DNA of 64,000 nucleotides from an uncultured Nitrososphaerota archaeon. GTDB taxonomy: Archaea; Thermoproteota; Nitrososphaeria; Nitrososphaerales; Gagatemarchaeaceae. Numbering within the stretch: the first letter of the stretch is position 1; every line of letters begins with the position of its first letter. A model generated the notes under the pieces. The model was not told the DNA's origin. It made no database searches and saw only the letters and a program-made list of their open reading frames with translations. The stretch lies in the NCBI GenBank assembly GCA_963718895.1, contig CAVRAG010000001.1:10265-74264 (forward strand), given 5' to 3'. Below are positions 1 to 9,764 of the stretch, piece after piece. A program made the translations under genes and the position numbers.

Positions 1-219
1 GACGGGGTCCACCCCCATAGACTTTGGGTCTTGAGTAGGCCAGAACTGCCTAAACTCCTCGTATGTGACTCGCCCGTAGAGCATCGTGTCCACCCTGCGA
101 TTGATGTCCCTAGACCATGCCCACTCGTCGTCATCAAATCCAAACCAGTCAATCGAATTCCTAAGGCTCGTAAAGTACCCGTCAAGTGAAGTTATGGTGT
201 CAAGAATCAGACGCCGCAT
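1..219 (-). CDS. Dihydrofolate reductase / RibD C-terminal domain family protein (5' part; runs off window)
   Basis: Manual translation from ATG at 219: MRRLILDTITSLDGYFTSLRNSIDWF...VDTMLYGRVTYEEFRQFWP, with the SLDGY and GRxTY motifs. Not in the ORF track. Confidence 0.85.
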   Translation of the reverse strand, partial: MRRLILDTITSLDGYFTSLRNSIDWFGFDDDEWAWSRDINRRVDTMLYGRVTYEEFRQFWPTQDPKSMGVDPV

Positions 220-436
220 TGTCCTTACCCTTGGGATTGGTTGAGATAAGCATTAACCAACAGGCTTCTTCTGCATCATCTGTAGCCCCTCAATTCCGGA
301 TCGAGGCCCGCTTAGTGGTGTATGCTTTCGGGTCAGGGATGCTGAGCGCTTTTTCCATCCTTCTCTCGAGCTTCTCTTACTCCGATTGGATTCTGACATG
401 GAGCTCCATGAATAAGAAATTTCCTACAAGGAAATC

Positions 437-610
437 GTGGCAAACGAAGCCTCGGAGCTCAGAACGGTCACGGTGTCTGAAAAGGGACAGGTGGCAATCC
501 TAGTCGATCTCAGGCGGAGTTTAGGAATAAAGAAAGGTCAGACGCTGGTCATTCAGGTGGCAGAAGATAGACTGTTGATAGCGAAATCGGAGGATATTTC
601 GCGGAAGTAG
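437..610 (+). CDS. AbrB/MazE/SpoVT family DNA-binding protein (57 aa)
   Basis: Manual translation from GTG: MANEASELRTVTVSEKGQVAILVDLRRSLGIKKGQTLVIQVAEDRLLIAKS. Matches VSEKGQVxIPxxxRxxLGIKxG except Leu replaces the conserved Pro. Confidence 0.75.
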   Translation: MANEASELRTVTVSEKGQVAILVDLRRSLGIKKGQTLVIQVAEDRLLIAKSEDISRK

Positions 611-683
611 AGGTAGCAGACGGGCCCGGGATGCCTGCAATGTCGTTGCTGGGGAGTGAATCTGGCGACACCTTCTTTCTCTC

Positions 684-1732
684 CTAGTTTTTGGCGTAGT
701 AGTCGGATACCGCTCTGAACGACTCCTTAGGCTCCCAGGGCATGTCCGGATAGGTCGTCCCGTGCCTGCCGCCCTCGTAGTATCTCACCAAGCTCTGGTT
801 CGTCGTGTCCAGGTCGTACTTCGGGTCCTCATCGAAGGGGTTGGTCTGGGACTCGAACTGCGACACGGAGGCTCCGTCCACACCCGCGGCGTCGAGGATC
901 TCCAAGGTCTCGACTAACTTGCGCGCCTGCCAGGCCTCGTCGCGCGGATGGATGACCCGCACCTTGGGACGGATGAACCTTCCCGCGACCGGGAGGGCGT
1001 GGAAGAACTGTGACCAGAAGTCGGCGTCCCCTCCTCCCAACAGGACCTTGGCGAGCTTCCCGTCGCTCTGGTATGTATTGTACCCGAACTCCGTGACCAC
1101 CACAGGCTTGCCGGTGTCGAAGAGCGGTTTCAGCATCTCAACATACTTGTCCTCGATGTCCTGGGCCCGGTAGTGGTCCACGCCGACATAGTCGAAGAGG
1201 CTCCAGTCGACCTTCTCCCAGATGAGGGAGTGGTAGGTTAGCTTGCCCTTGAACTCCTTCTTGACGGCAGTCACGGCCCGGCGAGGAAAGCGTTGAGCGG
1301 CCCGTTGTGTTCGCCGGCCATGATTCGCGCTCTGAACTTTGGGTTCCTGAGCCGCTGGATGATGTTCTTCCCTTCGAGTATCCCCTGCATGAAGAGTGTG
1401 GACTCGCCGCCGACGCTCAAGACCACCTTGTCGGGCCACTGCTTGCGGAGAGCCTCCAGAGGCCCGGCCGCCTTGGCCAAGTACGAGACGGTCTCATCTT
1501 CGCTCTTGTCCCACAGCAGAGGCGAGAGCCAGACCTCGAGCCCCTCCTCAAGCGCGGCCGTCGCGGCGGTCACGATCCGACCGACGTCCAGGGCGCTGAT
1601 GCTTACCGCGTTGCAGTGCAGGTCGTTCTTGATGATCTCGAGCTCCCGGTGCACAATCTTCGGGTCGAAGACTGGACGCCAATTGAAGCCCATCACCGCT
1701 CCGACATCGTAACAGACACCTTTCAGTCTCAA
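684..1732 (-). CDS. Glycoside hydrolase-like TIM-barrel protein (frameshift near 1275-1290)
   Basis: ORF 1271..1732 (KGVCYDVG...ELEIIKNDLHCNAV) and ORF 684..1439 (WEKVDWSLFDYVGVDHY, PVVVTEFG) join into one clan-A-like protein. Confidence 0.65.
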
Positions 1733-1739
1733 CCCAGAC

Positions 1740-2345
1740 TCACTTCGGCCCAGGTCCTAGGATACGCAAGATCATGCCCGCATCAGGTATCTGCTTTTCC
1801 ACCTCCTCTGGAGAAAGCTGCGCCATCCTCGACAATCCGTCGACGCACGCCAGAAGCGCGCTCACCAGTTTGTCGGGGTCGTCATTGGCAATCTCGCCTG
1901 TCGCCTGCCCCTCGACGATGAGCCCTCGCATGATTTCGCGAATGGAAAGGCCCTGCTCCTTGATCTGCTTGCGAAGGTCCGCTGGAAGGGTGTCGCTGGC
2001 CATCGCTTGATAGAAGAACTGGTAGAATCCGGGGTCTCTACGCCTACGCTCAAGCATTCCAGCCAACATCCGCTTCAAGCGGTCTCTTGGTGTGCCTTGC
2101 ATCTGCTGTACGATCGCACGCAACTCCTCCGCGGGTCGGACCGACTGCCTCACCAAGGCTAGGAAGATCGCCTCCTTGCTCGGGAAGTAATGATATGCCA
2201 ATCCCGGGCTGACTCCGGCCTCGGAGGCCACGTCGGACATCTTGGCGGCCATCCCCTTGTGGGCAAACACCTCCCTCGCAGCGGCTAGGATCTTCTCTGT
2301 CGTCTCCTCTCGAATCTGCCTATTGGCTTGTTCTGTTCGGGGCAG
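1740..2345 (-). CDS. TetR/AcrR family transcriptional regulator (probable CTG start)
   Basis: HTH motif MSDVASEAGVSPGLAYHYFPSKEAIF. The frame stays open upstream to CTG-PRTEQANRQIREETTEKILAAAREVF at 2345. Confidence 0.9.
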   Translation of the reverse strand: MPRTEQANRQIREETTEKILAAAREVFAHKGMAAKMSDVASEAGVSPGLAYHYFPSKEAIFLALVRQSVRPAEELRAIVQQMQGTPRDRLKRMLAGMLERRRRDPGFYQFFYQAMASDTLPADLRKQIKEQGLSIREIMRGLIVEGQATGEIANDDPDKLVSALLACVDGLSRMAQLSPEEVEKQIPDAGMILRILGPGPK

Positions 2346-2360
2346 GCTAGGTCTTCTCAG

Positions 2361-2384
2361 TATTAATTAAATATTTAATCAATA
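2361..2384. promoter_or_regulatory. Near-perfect palindrome, likely TetR operator overlapping the promoter
   Basis: TATTAATTAAATATTTAATCAATA is self-complementary apart from one mismatched pair and lies 15 bp upstream of the tetR start. Confidence 0.65.
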
Positions 2385-2699
2385 TATAACTGTATTGCCC
2401 CTGATCGGCTTGGGCTGACCGATGACCACGTCACCGATATGGAACAACGAGCGACCATGAGCAGATTTATTCCTAGTGAACGATTCATATCCATCAAACG
2501 AAAGTATACTGGTCAAAGCTCACCGGCCCCATCAAGAGGTACAATTCAATTCCACACTCAGAAAGCAAACCGAGCTGGTCCCGTCGGGGCCCGCTCACAA
2601 TTAGCTTATAATATGCCCCGATTAACCGTAGTAGGCAGATTTGACCCTTTTCAGCATGAATTCAATTCGAATTCGCTCAGATTGTCGGCAGAGCGTCCC

Positions 2700-2835
2700 C
2701 GCCGTCGTGGTCTTGCCTACCCCGTTCGGCCCAAGGAAGCCGAAGATCTCACCCTCCCCAGCCCTGAACGACACAGAATCAACAGCCGTCAGGTTGCCAA
2801 ACTTCTTTGTAAGGTTCCCAGTATTGATTATCGTA
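2700..2835 (-). pseudogene. Truncated ABC ATPase remnant (N-terminus to Walker A only)
   Basis: [38 protein letters not shown], then similarity is lost. Closely resembles the N-terminus of the ATPase starting at 32315. Confidence 0.75.
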
Positions 2836-2886
2836 GCCCTCCCTCGCTCACTCTCTTTGTCTTGTCTTCTTTGCGCTTCGAGTTGC

Positions 2887-3756
2887 TCAACTGAAATCCT
2901 CCCTCTCAAACAATGTGATACCCAAGATTGAAGTGACCACGAAATAGGCAAACATTATCGCAAGACCTTCAGGAATGGTTACATTGTACGAAGATGACCC
3001 AGCTATCACGACTTCGTGAGGAGGATAGCCTGAAGAAGAGAGGACATTCTTGATTATCCCAGCACCATAACTCAGAACATACCAAGGTTCGGAACTCGAC
3101 AAAGCGGATATCAGCGGCGTGATGAAATTAAACCCAAACAGTAGCAGAATGGAGGTCAGAAGAATCGAGTAGGAATTGTCCTTGAACAGGGAGCTAATGA
3201 AGAACGAAAATCCCAAGATAGGGAAGATGTAGAAGAGAGCGAAAACGAACGATTCACCGAACTGATAAGGAATGTTAGATCCGAAGTAGATTGCGCCGTC
3301 AGCCAACGTGATTGCCGCGTAGACACCAATTGCGATTGCTGACGCTAAGAACGATGCTATCCATTTGCCAATGAAGATGGAAGATCTACTTACTGGATTC
3401 GGTAGCAGGTAATACCCCGTCTTGTTCTGAAATTCGGTTGAGATTGCGTCAGCCCCAAAGAAGATGCCGGCGAGAATCACGCACAGACCTGCTACGGTCC
3501 CCCACCATTCCGAATAGAACGACATTGGTGACGATAGAAGTGCGGATGGCCTGTAGACGTACATCACCGCCATGATCGCTATCCCGATCGTCGCCACGAT
3601 GGTAAGCAGGATGTAGAATCGCGTCGAACGGAGATAGTTGAGGAATTCGAATTCGGCTTGCACACCGCATTGAGCGAGACCAGACGGAACCTTGTTGTTC
3701 GCTCGTTCGAAAGGTTGAGTCCCAGGATTCGCAGCCAATCCAAATAACTCCTTCAA
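2887..3756 (-). CDS. ABC-2 type exporter permease
   Basis: About 6 TM segments and the motif [29 protein letters not shown]; overlaps the ATPase stop. Confidence 0.9.
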   Translation of the reverse strand: MKELFGLAANPGTQPFERANNKVPSGLAQCGVQAEFEFLNYLRSTRFYILLTIVATIGIAIMAVMYVYRPSALLSSPMSFYSEWWGTVAGLCVILAGIFFGADAISTEFQNKTGYYLLPNPVSRSSIFIGKWIASFLASAIAIGVYAAITLADGAIYFGSNIPYQFGESFVFALFYIFPILGFSFFISSLFKDNSYSILLTSILLLFGFNFITPLISALSSSEPWYVLSYGAGIIKNVLSSSGYPPHEVVIAGSSSYNVTIPEGLAIMFAYFVVTSILGITLFEREDFS

Positions 3757-4706
3757 ACGTTCTCTTTGATCAGGTTGAGGTAGACGTCTTCCAGAGCCGA
3801 TGAAGAGGCCTTGAGACTATTGATTCCAATCCTAAGAGCGCCCAACTCTGAGAGAATATCTGCTTGGGTTTCGGCGTCTCCCGAGAATTTCAACCAGAGG
3901 TTCCGATTGTCTAGTATCTCCACGCTCGTGACTCCGTGTATCCTTCGTATCGTCTCGACGACCTCGTCATCTACGCGTGGGCTTGCAAAGCCAACCTCCA
4001 AGACCGGACCTGCACCAGAGAACCTGCTGGTGAGATTCTGAATGGTATCGTACACCAGAAGCTTTCCATGATCAATAAGAGCAGCTTCGTCGCAGACATC
4101 CATCACCTCTGAGAGGAGATGCGAACTCATGAAGATGAGTCTCCCGCGTTTCTTGAGGTTCTTCACCATCTCCCGGACCTCGCTCATCCCTCTAGGGTCC
4201 AATCCGCTTGTTGGTTCGTCCAGGAGGATTATCTCGGGATCACTGAGAAGCGTAGAGGCTATGCCTATCCGCTGCTTCATCCCCTTTGAGAACTTTCCAA
4301 CTTTTTTGTTCGCCCAATCTTCCATGTGTACTTCGTGAAGAGCTTCCTCGATCTTCTTGTTCCTGATCTCCGAAGGGACGCCGCGGTGCTTCGCGATTAT
4401 CATCAGGGCCTCCCTCGGCGTAAGAGAAGGATAGATCTCCGGTGTCTCGACCAGAGCTGCCACGGCCGCCAACGCCTTCTTCTTATCAGAGTGCACGTCT
4501 ATTCCATTTATCAACGCCTTGCCAGATGACCTGTGAATCAAATCTGTGAATATCTTGAGCGTGGTGGTCTTTCCCGCTCCATTGGGACCGAGAAAGCCAA
4601 CGCACTTCGCTCCTTCAATCCTCAGATCCAGATTGTCGAGGGCAGTGAAAGAATCGTACTCCTTGGTGAGTTTGATAGCCTCGATTGAGGGCACGTAGCT
4701 CGCCAT
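3753..4706 (-). CDS. ABC exporter ATP-binding protein
   Basis: Walker [10 protein letters not shown], signature FSKGMKQR, Walker B ILLDEP, SSH loop. Confidence 0.95.
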   Translation of the reverse strand: MASYVPSIEAIKLTKEYDSFTALDNLDLRIEGAKCVGFLGPNGAGKTTTLKIFTDLIHRSSGKALINGIDVHSDKKKALAAVAALVETPEIYPSLTPREALMIIAKHRGVPSEIRNKKIEEALHEVHMEDWANKKVGKFSKGMKQRIGIASTLLSDPEIILLDEPTSGLDPRGMSEVREMVKNLKKRGRLIFMSSHLLSEVMDVCDEAALIDHGKLLVYDTIQNLTSRFSGAGPVLEVGFASPRVDDEVVETIRRIHGVTSVEILDNRNLWLKFSGDAETQADILSELGALRIGINSLKASSSALEDVYLNLIKENV

Positions 4707-4802
4707 TAAACGATCACTCGTCGAGATGGGGCAGAACTCCTAGCTTACGGCAGGATTCTGCGTGTTGGAGTCTCTTCGCTCTTCCTCTTCCTTTCAATCC
4801 CT

Positions 4803-5288
4803 CTACGACCTGCTCTTCCTGCGCAGTCCCACTACTATGACAACGACACCGATAATGAAGATGACAAAGCCGCCCAATACGAGCGAGTTAGATCCTAGTG
4901 TGCCTCCGTTGGCTGGAGTGACAACGATCTTTGAGTTCGGTTGAGATGATGCGAAGGCTACGTAGTTGTAATCTCCCAAGAGGTTTGTGTAAGTCACTGT
5001 TCCTGCTGTGTTTGAATGTGGTGTAACAGCGTATTGACCGATGTTGGTCGAATTGACCAGATTCAGATCCTGGACAGGGATGAGTCCACCGTTTGCAGGT
5101 GCAGAAGTAACTGCCGCATCGGAGGTCGAGTTGATCACTAACTCTGTTGAGACGTATTCGCCGCTCTGAGGTTCGCTGAAAGTGGAGATGACGGTGAGCC
5201 CTCGAAGCACCCCCACTACCCCGACCGCAACAAGGACGACTCCAATGATTAGGACGACCACGCCGATCATGACTATTGGTCTATTCAC
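4803..5288 (-). CDS. Membrane protein with N- and C-terminal TM helices flanking a small extracellular domain
   Basis: Hydrophobic termini, Ser/Thr-rich middle and basic tail RRKSRS; first gene of the ABC operon (GTG at 5288). Confidence 0.7.
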   Translation of the reverse strand: MNRPIVMIGVVVLIIGVVLVAVGVVGVLRGLTVISTFSEPQSGEYVSTELVINSTSDAAVTSAPANGGLIPVQDLNLVNSTNIGQYAVTPHSNTAGTVTYTNLLGDYNYVAFASSQPNSKIVVTPANGGTLGSNSLVLGGFVIFIIGVVVIVVGLRRKSRS

Positions 5289-5314
5289 GGTGACAACTCC
5301 TGTGGGTCCTCGCC

Positions 5315-5347
5315 TTAAATAGAGTCTGAAAAGTACAATCTTTGTAC
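5315..5347 (-). promoter_or_regulatory. TATA-like box plus palindromic site GTACAA-N3-TTGTAC (copy 1)
   Basis: GTACAAtctTTGTAC at 5333-5347, 13 nt from TTTAA (minus strand, 5315-5319). The same arrangement recurs at 32352-32384. Confidence 0.65.
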
Positions 5348-5408
5348 GTATCACCACATTTTATGAGGAGGAGACAACAGGACCAAGAGTGTAGATGCGC
5401 GAGCCAAA

Positions 5409-6086
5409 ATGATGGATGACGCAAAGGTCGACGTCCCGCGTGATGATACGCAGCGCGCGGTCAAACAAGCCATTCTCCTGAACGAATACTTGCTCCGCCG
5501 AGCTTTGGGAGTACTCTATCTTGCACTCTCACTTGCAATGTTCCTTTCAATCTTTGGAACGCCTATCATCAATTCACTGGAACCAATTGGGTTCGCAAGC
5601 TCGATAGCTGTGGACATGACCGCGAGCGGATGTGGTATAGTTGCCATCCTCTGGGCGTTCAAACGGGTCCGCAACACCGCTTACATCATTCACCCCGAGG
5701 GCGACCGAGCTTGGCCAAAGCTACTTGGATATCGCTTGCTTGTACCGCTGTGGATCGCGCTCAATGCACTGGTGATCTTGACGATTGCGCTCGCTAGAGC
5801 CCAACTTCCTTTGGTAGTGCTTCTGGTACACCTTGGAGTGGCAGTCTATCTGTATTACGCTCTAAGACTCTCTTTTTCAAAGGAAATTCCCGGAGAGGCT
5901 ATCATCGCAATTGGTTCACTCTCGCTGAGTAGCGTCGCGTCGATCGCACTGTTGTCTATCGTCACAAGCCCCGGGCCTTATGCGCTCCTCTGGGGAGCGA
6001 CGATTGCTGCCTGGATTTTTTCAGGAGTCTTTGCGCGTACCAGACCTATCCCGGAATTTGTAGAGGGGCTTACTGGACTTGAGTGA
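5409..6086 (+). CDS. Polytopic membrane protein (about 6 TM), co-transcribed with a wHTH regulator
   Basis: Hydrophobic 225-aa ORF whose stop overlaps the next gene. Confidence 0.75.
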   Translation: MMDDAKVDVPRDDTQRAVKQAILLNEYLLRRALGVLYLALSLAMFLSIFGTPIINSLEPIGFASSIAVDMTASGCGIVAILWAFKRVRNTAYIIHPEGDRAWPKLLGYRLLVPLWIALNALVILTIALARAQLPLVVLLVHLGVAVYLYYALRLSFSKEIPGEAIIAIGSLSLSSVASIALLSIVTSPGPYALLWGATIAAWIFSGVFARTRPIPEFVEGLTGLE

Positions 6087-6438
6087 TGACGAGCAATCCA
6101 AGCGTGACTTTGATGCGATCGTTACCGATGAAGGCATTCGGTCGTTAAAGGAGCAGCTTGATGACTCGACTTTCAAATCATCTGCTCGAATCCTGATATT
6201 AGTGCTGCTTGCATTGGCTCGAAGGATGAGTTCTGTACAACTCAGGACGCTTACAGGGTTGGGAAAGGGGAGTCTGGAGAATCATCTGAACAAGCTTGAA
6301 AGCTTCGGTTATGTTAGGTTGAGCTATACAAAATCCATGGGAGCCAGGGGTGTTCCAAGGCAGACGGTCGAGATCACCGAGAAGGGGCTCGATGCTTGTC
6401 GCGCTCTTGTAAAGAGTGTGTCAAGTTTGACTCTCTGA
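6079..6438 (+). CDS. Winged-helix transcriptional regulator (ArsR/MarR-like)
   Basis: RILILVLL...LRTLTGLGKGSLENHLNKLESFGYV...VEITEKG. Confidence 0.85.
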   Translation: MSDDEQSKRDFDAIVTDEGIRSLKEQLDDSTFKSSARILILVLLALARRMSSVQLRTLTGLGKGSLENHLNKLESFGYVRLSYTKSMGARGVPRQTVEITEKGLDACRALVKSVSSLTL

Positions 6439-6877
6439 GGTTCGTCGCCGTCGAGCATCTCTGCAAGACCCAGCATCGCCTATATTCGCTGGCATAATCG
6501 GCGAAGGGTTGGAGAGTAATTCGAATCCATCCAACGGAGCACTCTGGTCCAAGCTCAGCGGCCGCGTCAAGGGTAGCAACTCAATTCCAGGCTTGGAAAG
6601 TAAACTGGGCGATTCCCGTCTGGCCTGCCTTCGTTCGGGTTCGAGTCCCTCGTCCCCCTCGCGTGCTCATCGCTTGTGGGCATACAGGCAGTTTACTCGC
6701 CTCAGCACATGAACGCCAATCCCCAGAGGCGGCGCAACACCTGCAATCTTGAATCCTATCTGTCGAAGCAGAGCTGTATCGAAAGTTATAGATGTAAACC
6801 TCGGGTAGTTTCCCCCAATACACGTAGATTTCGGCGGAGGTGTGTATTCTTTACAACTTGGCGTCGTGTCAAGACAA

Positions 6878-7504
6878 CTAGTCCATCGGAGCTGAGAGAT
6901 AATGGGCAATCGCGGCGGCCGTCCAGCGGGCCACGTCATCGGGGGACGCATCCGATATTCCGGACATCCTGAGAACATAACGGCTCAGGCCGAGACCCAG
7001 CAGTGTCGAGGCGATCAGGGCGATTCGGCGGGTCGCGAACCGGTGTCCCGACCGCGCGATGATCTGTGGCGTGATCTGCTGTTCGATAGTAGACCGGAGA
7101 GCTTCGGCCGCCTTTTCGTTCGTTAGGGCAGAGCGGAGCAACCCCGCGAAGGCCACGGAGGTCCCAGGATTCCCCCAGCGCCCCAAGAACAGCTCGACTA
7201 TCGCCCGCGCAGCCTCGGAGGAATCCCGAATGGTCACCAGCGGAGCCTTCTCTGGGGAGCGCATCATGTGCCTGAGCGTTTCGAGGAAGAGTCCTTCCTT
7301 GCTCCCGAAGTAGTGGTAGGTCAGCGCCGGGTTAGTGCGGGCTCTAAGGGCTATGGCACGAACGGAAGCCCCCTCGAACCCTAGTCGTCCGAACTCCAGA
7401 ATCGCCGCCCTGAGAATGTCGTCCCGAGGACTGCCCAAGCGACTTGGTCGACGGCCGCGCCTTGTTCGGCCCTTCATCCGACTCCGTTCATCCAAATCGG
7501 CCAT
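6878..7504 (-). CDS. TetR family transcriptional regulator
   Basis: ILRAAILEFGRLGFEGASVRAIALRARTNPALTYHYFGSKEGLF. Confidence 0.9.
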   Translation of the reverse strand: MADLDERSRMKGRTRRGRRPSRLGSPRDDILRAAILEFGRLGFEGASVRAIALRARTNPALTYHYFGSKEGLFLETLRHMMRSPEKAPLVTIRDSSEAARAIVELFLGRWGNPGTSVAFAGLLRSALTNEKAAEALRSTIEQQITPQIIARSGHRFATRRIALIASTLLGLGLSRYVLRMSGISDASPDDVARWTAAAIAHYLSAPMD

Positions 7505-7516
7505 GGCGGAAAATAA

Positions 7517-7532
7517 TTAAACGTCGGTTTAA
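7517..7532. promoter_or_regulatory. Inverted repeat between divergent genes, likely TetR operator
   Basis: TTAAAC-gtcg-GTTTAA in the 35-bp divergent intergenic region. Confidence 0.55.
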
Positions 7533-7539
7533 ATAAGTC

Positions 7540-8040
7540 TTGGCTTGCCCGTGGACCATGATCTCTGAGTGGAATCTCGCGCTGTTTCTCGCAGCCCTAG
7601 GGATAAACGGGCTGCTGGCCGGAGCGAGCATCACAAAATCAATCGTCGAGTTGCCAGCCGGTAAGACAATGGGGTCGCTGGCCTTCGCGGCTTACAGTCG
7701 AGCCGCAGACCTTCGGAACGGCTTGCCCTGGTACTCATTCCTCGGGATTGCAGGTCCGATTCTTACCATTTCGGTCGCGATCACAACGAGCCTGGGATAC
7801 GGTCCAGCTGGGGACTTCGCGACTGCGCTGGATGTTGCGGCTGCACTCTCCATCGCGCACGTGGGATCGACCGCACTGGCCGCTCCCAATATGCTAAAGG
7901 TAGGTCATGTCGGCAGCGACGTCGCGCAGTTGGACGCGCTCTATGCGCGATTCCGACGATGGAACGGCCTGAGGGCCATCTTGCAAGGCCTCACGTTTCT
8001 GGTCTGTCTCGTGGCGATACACGAGCTGCTGTTTGGATAG
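7540..8040 (+). CDS. DUF1772/anthrone-oxygenase-like 4-TM membrane protein
   Basis: GLLAGASI...VELPA, four hydrophobic helices, RFRRWNGLRAILQ. Confidence 0.7.
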   Translation: MACPWTMISEWNLALFLAALGINGLLAGASITKSIVELPAGKTMGSLAFAAYSRAADLRNGLPWYSFLGIAGPILTISVAITTSLGYGPAGDFATALDVAAALSIAHVGSTALAAPNMLKVGHVGSDVAQLDALYARFRRWNGLRAILQGLTFLVCLVAIHELLFG

Positions 8041-8429
8041 CCTCCCCTTTTCGCTCGTTGAAGTAGAAAGCAGCGCCTGAGACGTGTAATCCTAACTAGA
8101 ATCTGATATTGGACCTCCGGCAAGAAAGCTGTAGGTTCCCTGGTTCGAACCTGTCGGTCGGAAGGTTGATGCGTTACGAGAACTCTTGAAAGCTCGGGGT
8201 TCGTGCTTATGACACTGGATTCTGGTCAGAAAGAGAAGCCGGAAGGCACTTGGGATGTTTCTCTAATGCACATTGCGGGTGCGCCGGCTCGTCCAGGACC
8301 CTAGGGGGCATAGTTGCAGTCAGCGTATCGAATTGTCATTGGTCACCGCGACGGACCGAACTTTGCTTGATGCCCTGAGTTGCTTCAGAGATAACAACAC
8401 TTGCGTCGTGCTCATTGAATGATTCTTTT

Positions 8430-9005
8430 TCAACCTGTACTGGCCACAGTGGTCAGAAGGGCTAGCACCACGCCGATCAACAGTCCCACCGATGACCACA
8501 TGACACCCGCGTCTCTTCGGCTGTCACTCCATACCTCTCCTATGATGAAGAGCATGACCCCGACTGCGAGGCTCAGCGTGAGCGTCAGGAGAACCGGTGA
8601 GCTTCCCGCGAGGACCACCCCGATCGGGGCTCCAACCCCGGAGAAGACGCATGGCAACATCGTCAGCGCAAAGATTCGGCCGTTCTTGGCCCGCGCCTGA
8701 ACCAGTTCACCCGCAATCGATCCGCTCTCGGCGAAGGTCTCTCCTATCATCAGGAGCGCCACCAGAAGCGAGAGGTCGGGCGAGATGACCATCACGGCGC
8801 CGATTGGCAGGGCCTCCGGTACGTTGTGGATGGAGATTCCTATGGAGATGAGGCGCGCCCGCCGCGACCTTTCAGACCCAGAGTCAGATTTGGGCTCGGG
8901 GGGTCCCCCGCCGCTCTTCTTTTTCGTCACCTTCCTCTTCCTCCCCCTCGCCTGCGCCGAACGCCCCGAGGCCCTTCTCGAGCACTATCATCAGCAGCAA
9001 GGATC
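8430..9005 (-). pseudogene. ZIP family metal transporter, 5'-truncated and frameshifted
   Basis: ISIHNVPEA motif and C-terminal TMs (LAVGVMLFI) are present. The first TM helices are missing; a preceding helix remnant (LLLMIVLEK) is in another frame. Confidence 0.7.
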
Positions 9006-9182
9006 TCAGTGTAAAACTTGAGTGCTTTGCTCTAATCATTAACGTGAACGCCAGTTAGCTGAATCTTCATGCAACAACTAATGTTCTCAACATTGATAAT
9101 CTTGTTCACGATTTCTATCGCTCACTTTATGAGAGAAATGAATCAGTACGGTTTAAGAATCTCGGGAACTTTCGGCTGAGCG

Positions 9183-9605
9183 ATGCCGACGAGCCCATCC
9201 AAGATCATCGACAAGCAAATCGCGGCTGTGAAGGACTGGCGCGGCGAGACTTTAGCCAAACTTCGCAAGATCATCCACGATGCCGACCCGGACATCGTTG
9301 AGGAGTTGAAATGGAAGGGCACCCCTGTGTTTTCCCACGATGGCGTGGTCTGTTTGTTCAAACCTTTCAAGGACAAGGTGAAGCTGACGTTCTCCGAAGG
9401 TGCGCCCCTTCCGGACCCTGAGAAGCTATTCAACTCGATGCTGGAAGGCAACAGATGGCGGGCGATCGACTTCCACGAGGGCGATAGAATCGACGAGCCA
9501 GCCTTGAAAAGGCTCGTCCGCGCTGCGGTGGTCCACAACACCGCGAAGCCGAAGCGAAACCACCGCATAAGTAAGGAACCCAACGGATCTCATGGTTCAT
9601 TCTGA
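9183..9605 (+). CDS. DUF1801 (YdhG/YdeI-like) protein
   Basis: DWRGETLAKLRKIIHDADPDIVEELKWKGTPVFSHDG...LPDPEKLFN...RAIDF. Confidence 0.9.
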   Translation: MPTSPSKIIDKQIAAVKDWRGETLAKLRKIIHDADPDIVEELKWKGTPVFSHDGVVCLFKPFKDKVKLTFSEGAPLPDPEKLFNSMLEGNRWRAIDFHEGDRIDEPALKRLVRAAVVHNTAKPKRNHRISKEPNGSHGSF

Positions 9606-9764
9606 GATTGTCGATGGCGGAGCATGAGAGACTGGGGTTCTTCGCGTTACCTGAATCACTCGATATCCGGCCTCTGACAGAGCAGTGCAGGGATTCACAC
9701 AGGAGTTCGGATTCGATTAGCGTGCTTCTCCAACAGGCCAAGATTAACTGGAGGGGCGTCAGCG

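Noticed and set aside
6630-6660. GGGTTCGAGTCCC T-loop-like sequence (similar GGTTCGAA at about 8142, 11319 and 35914) as tRNA or att remnants
   Set aside because: The T-stem has only about 3 bp, with no acceptor, D or anticodon arms and no integrase nearby.
6440-6877. Short overlapping ORFs here and at 8041-8420, 10937-11430, 13450-13840 and 35640-36060
   Set aside because: No recognisable motifs or consistent codon bias; probably eroded remnants that I cannot assign.
9080-9094. AATGTT-ctc-AACATT palindrome as a metal-regulator operator
   Set aside because: A single short instance in AT-rich DNA next to a truncated gene, with no second copy to support it.
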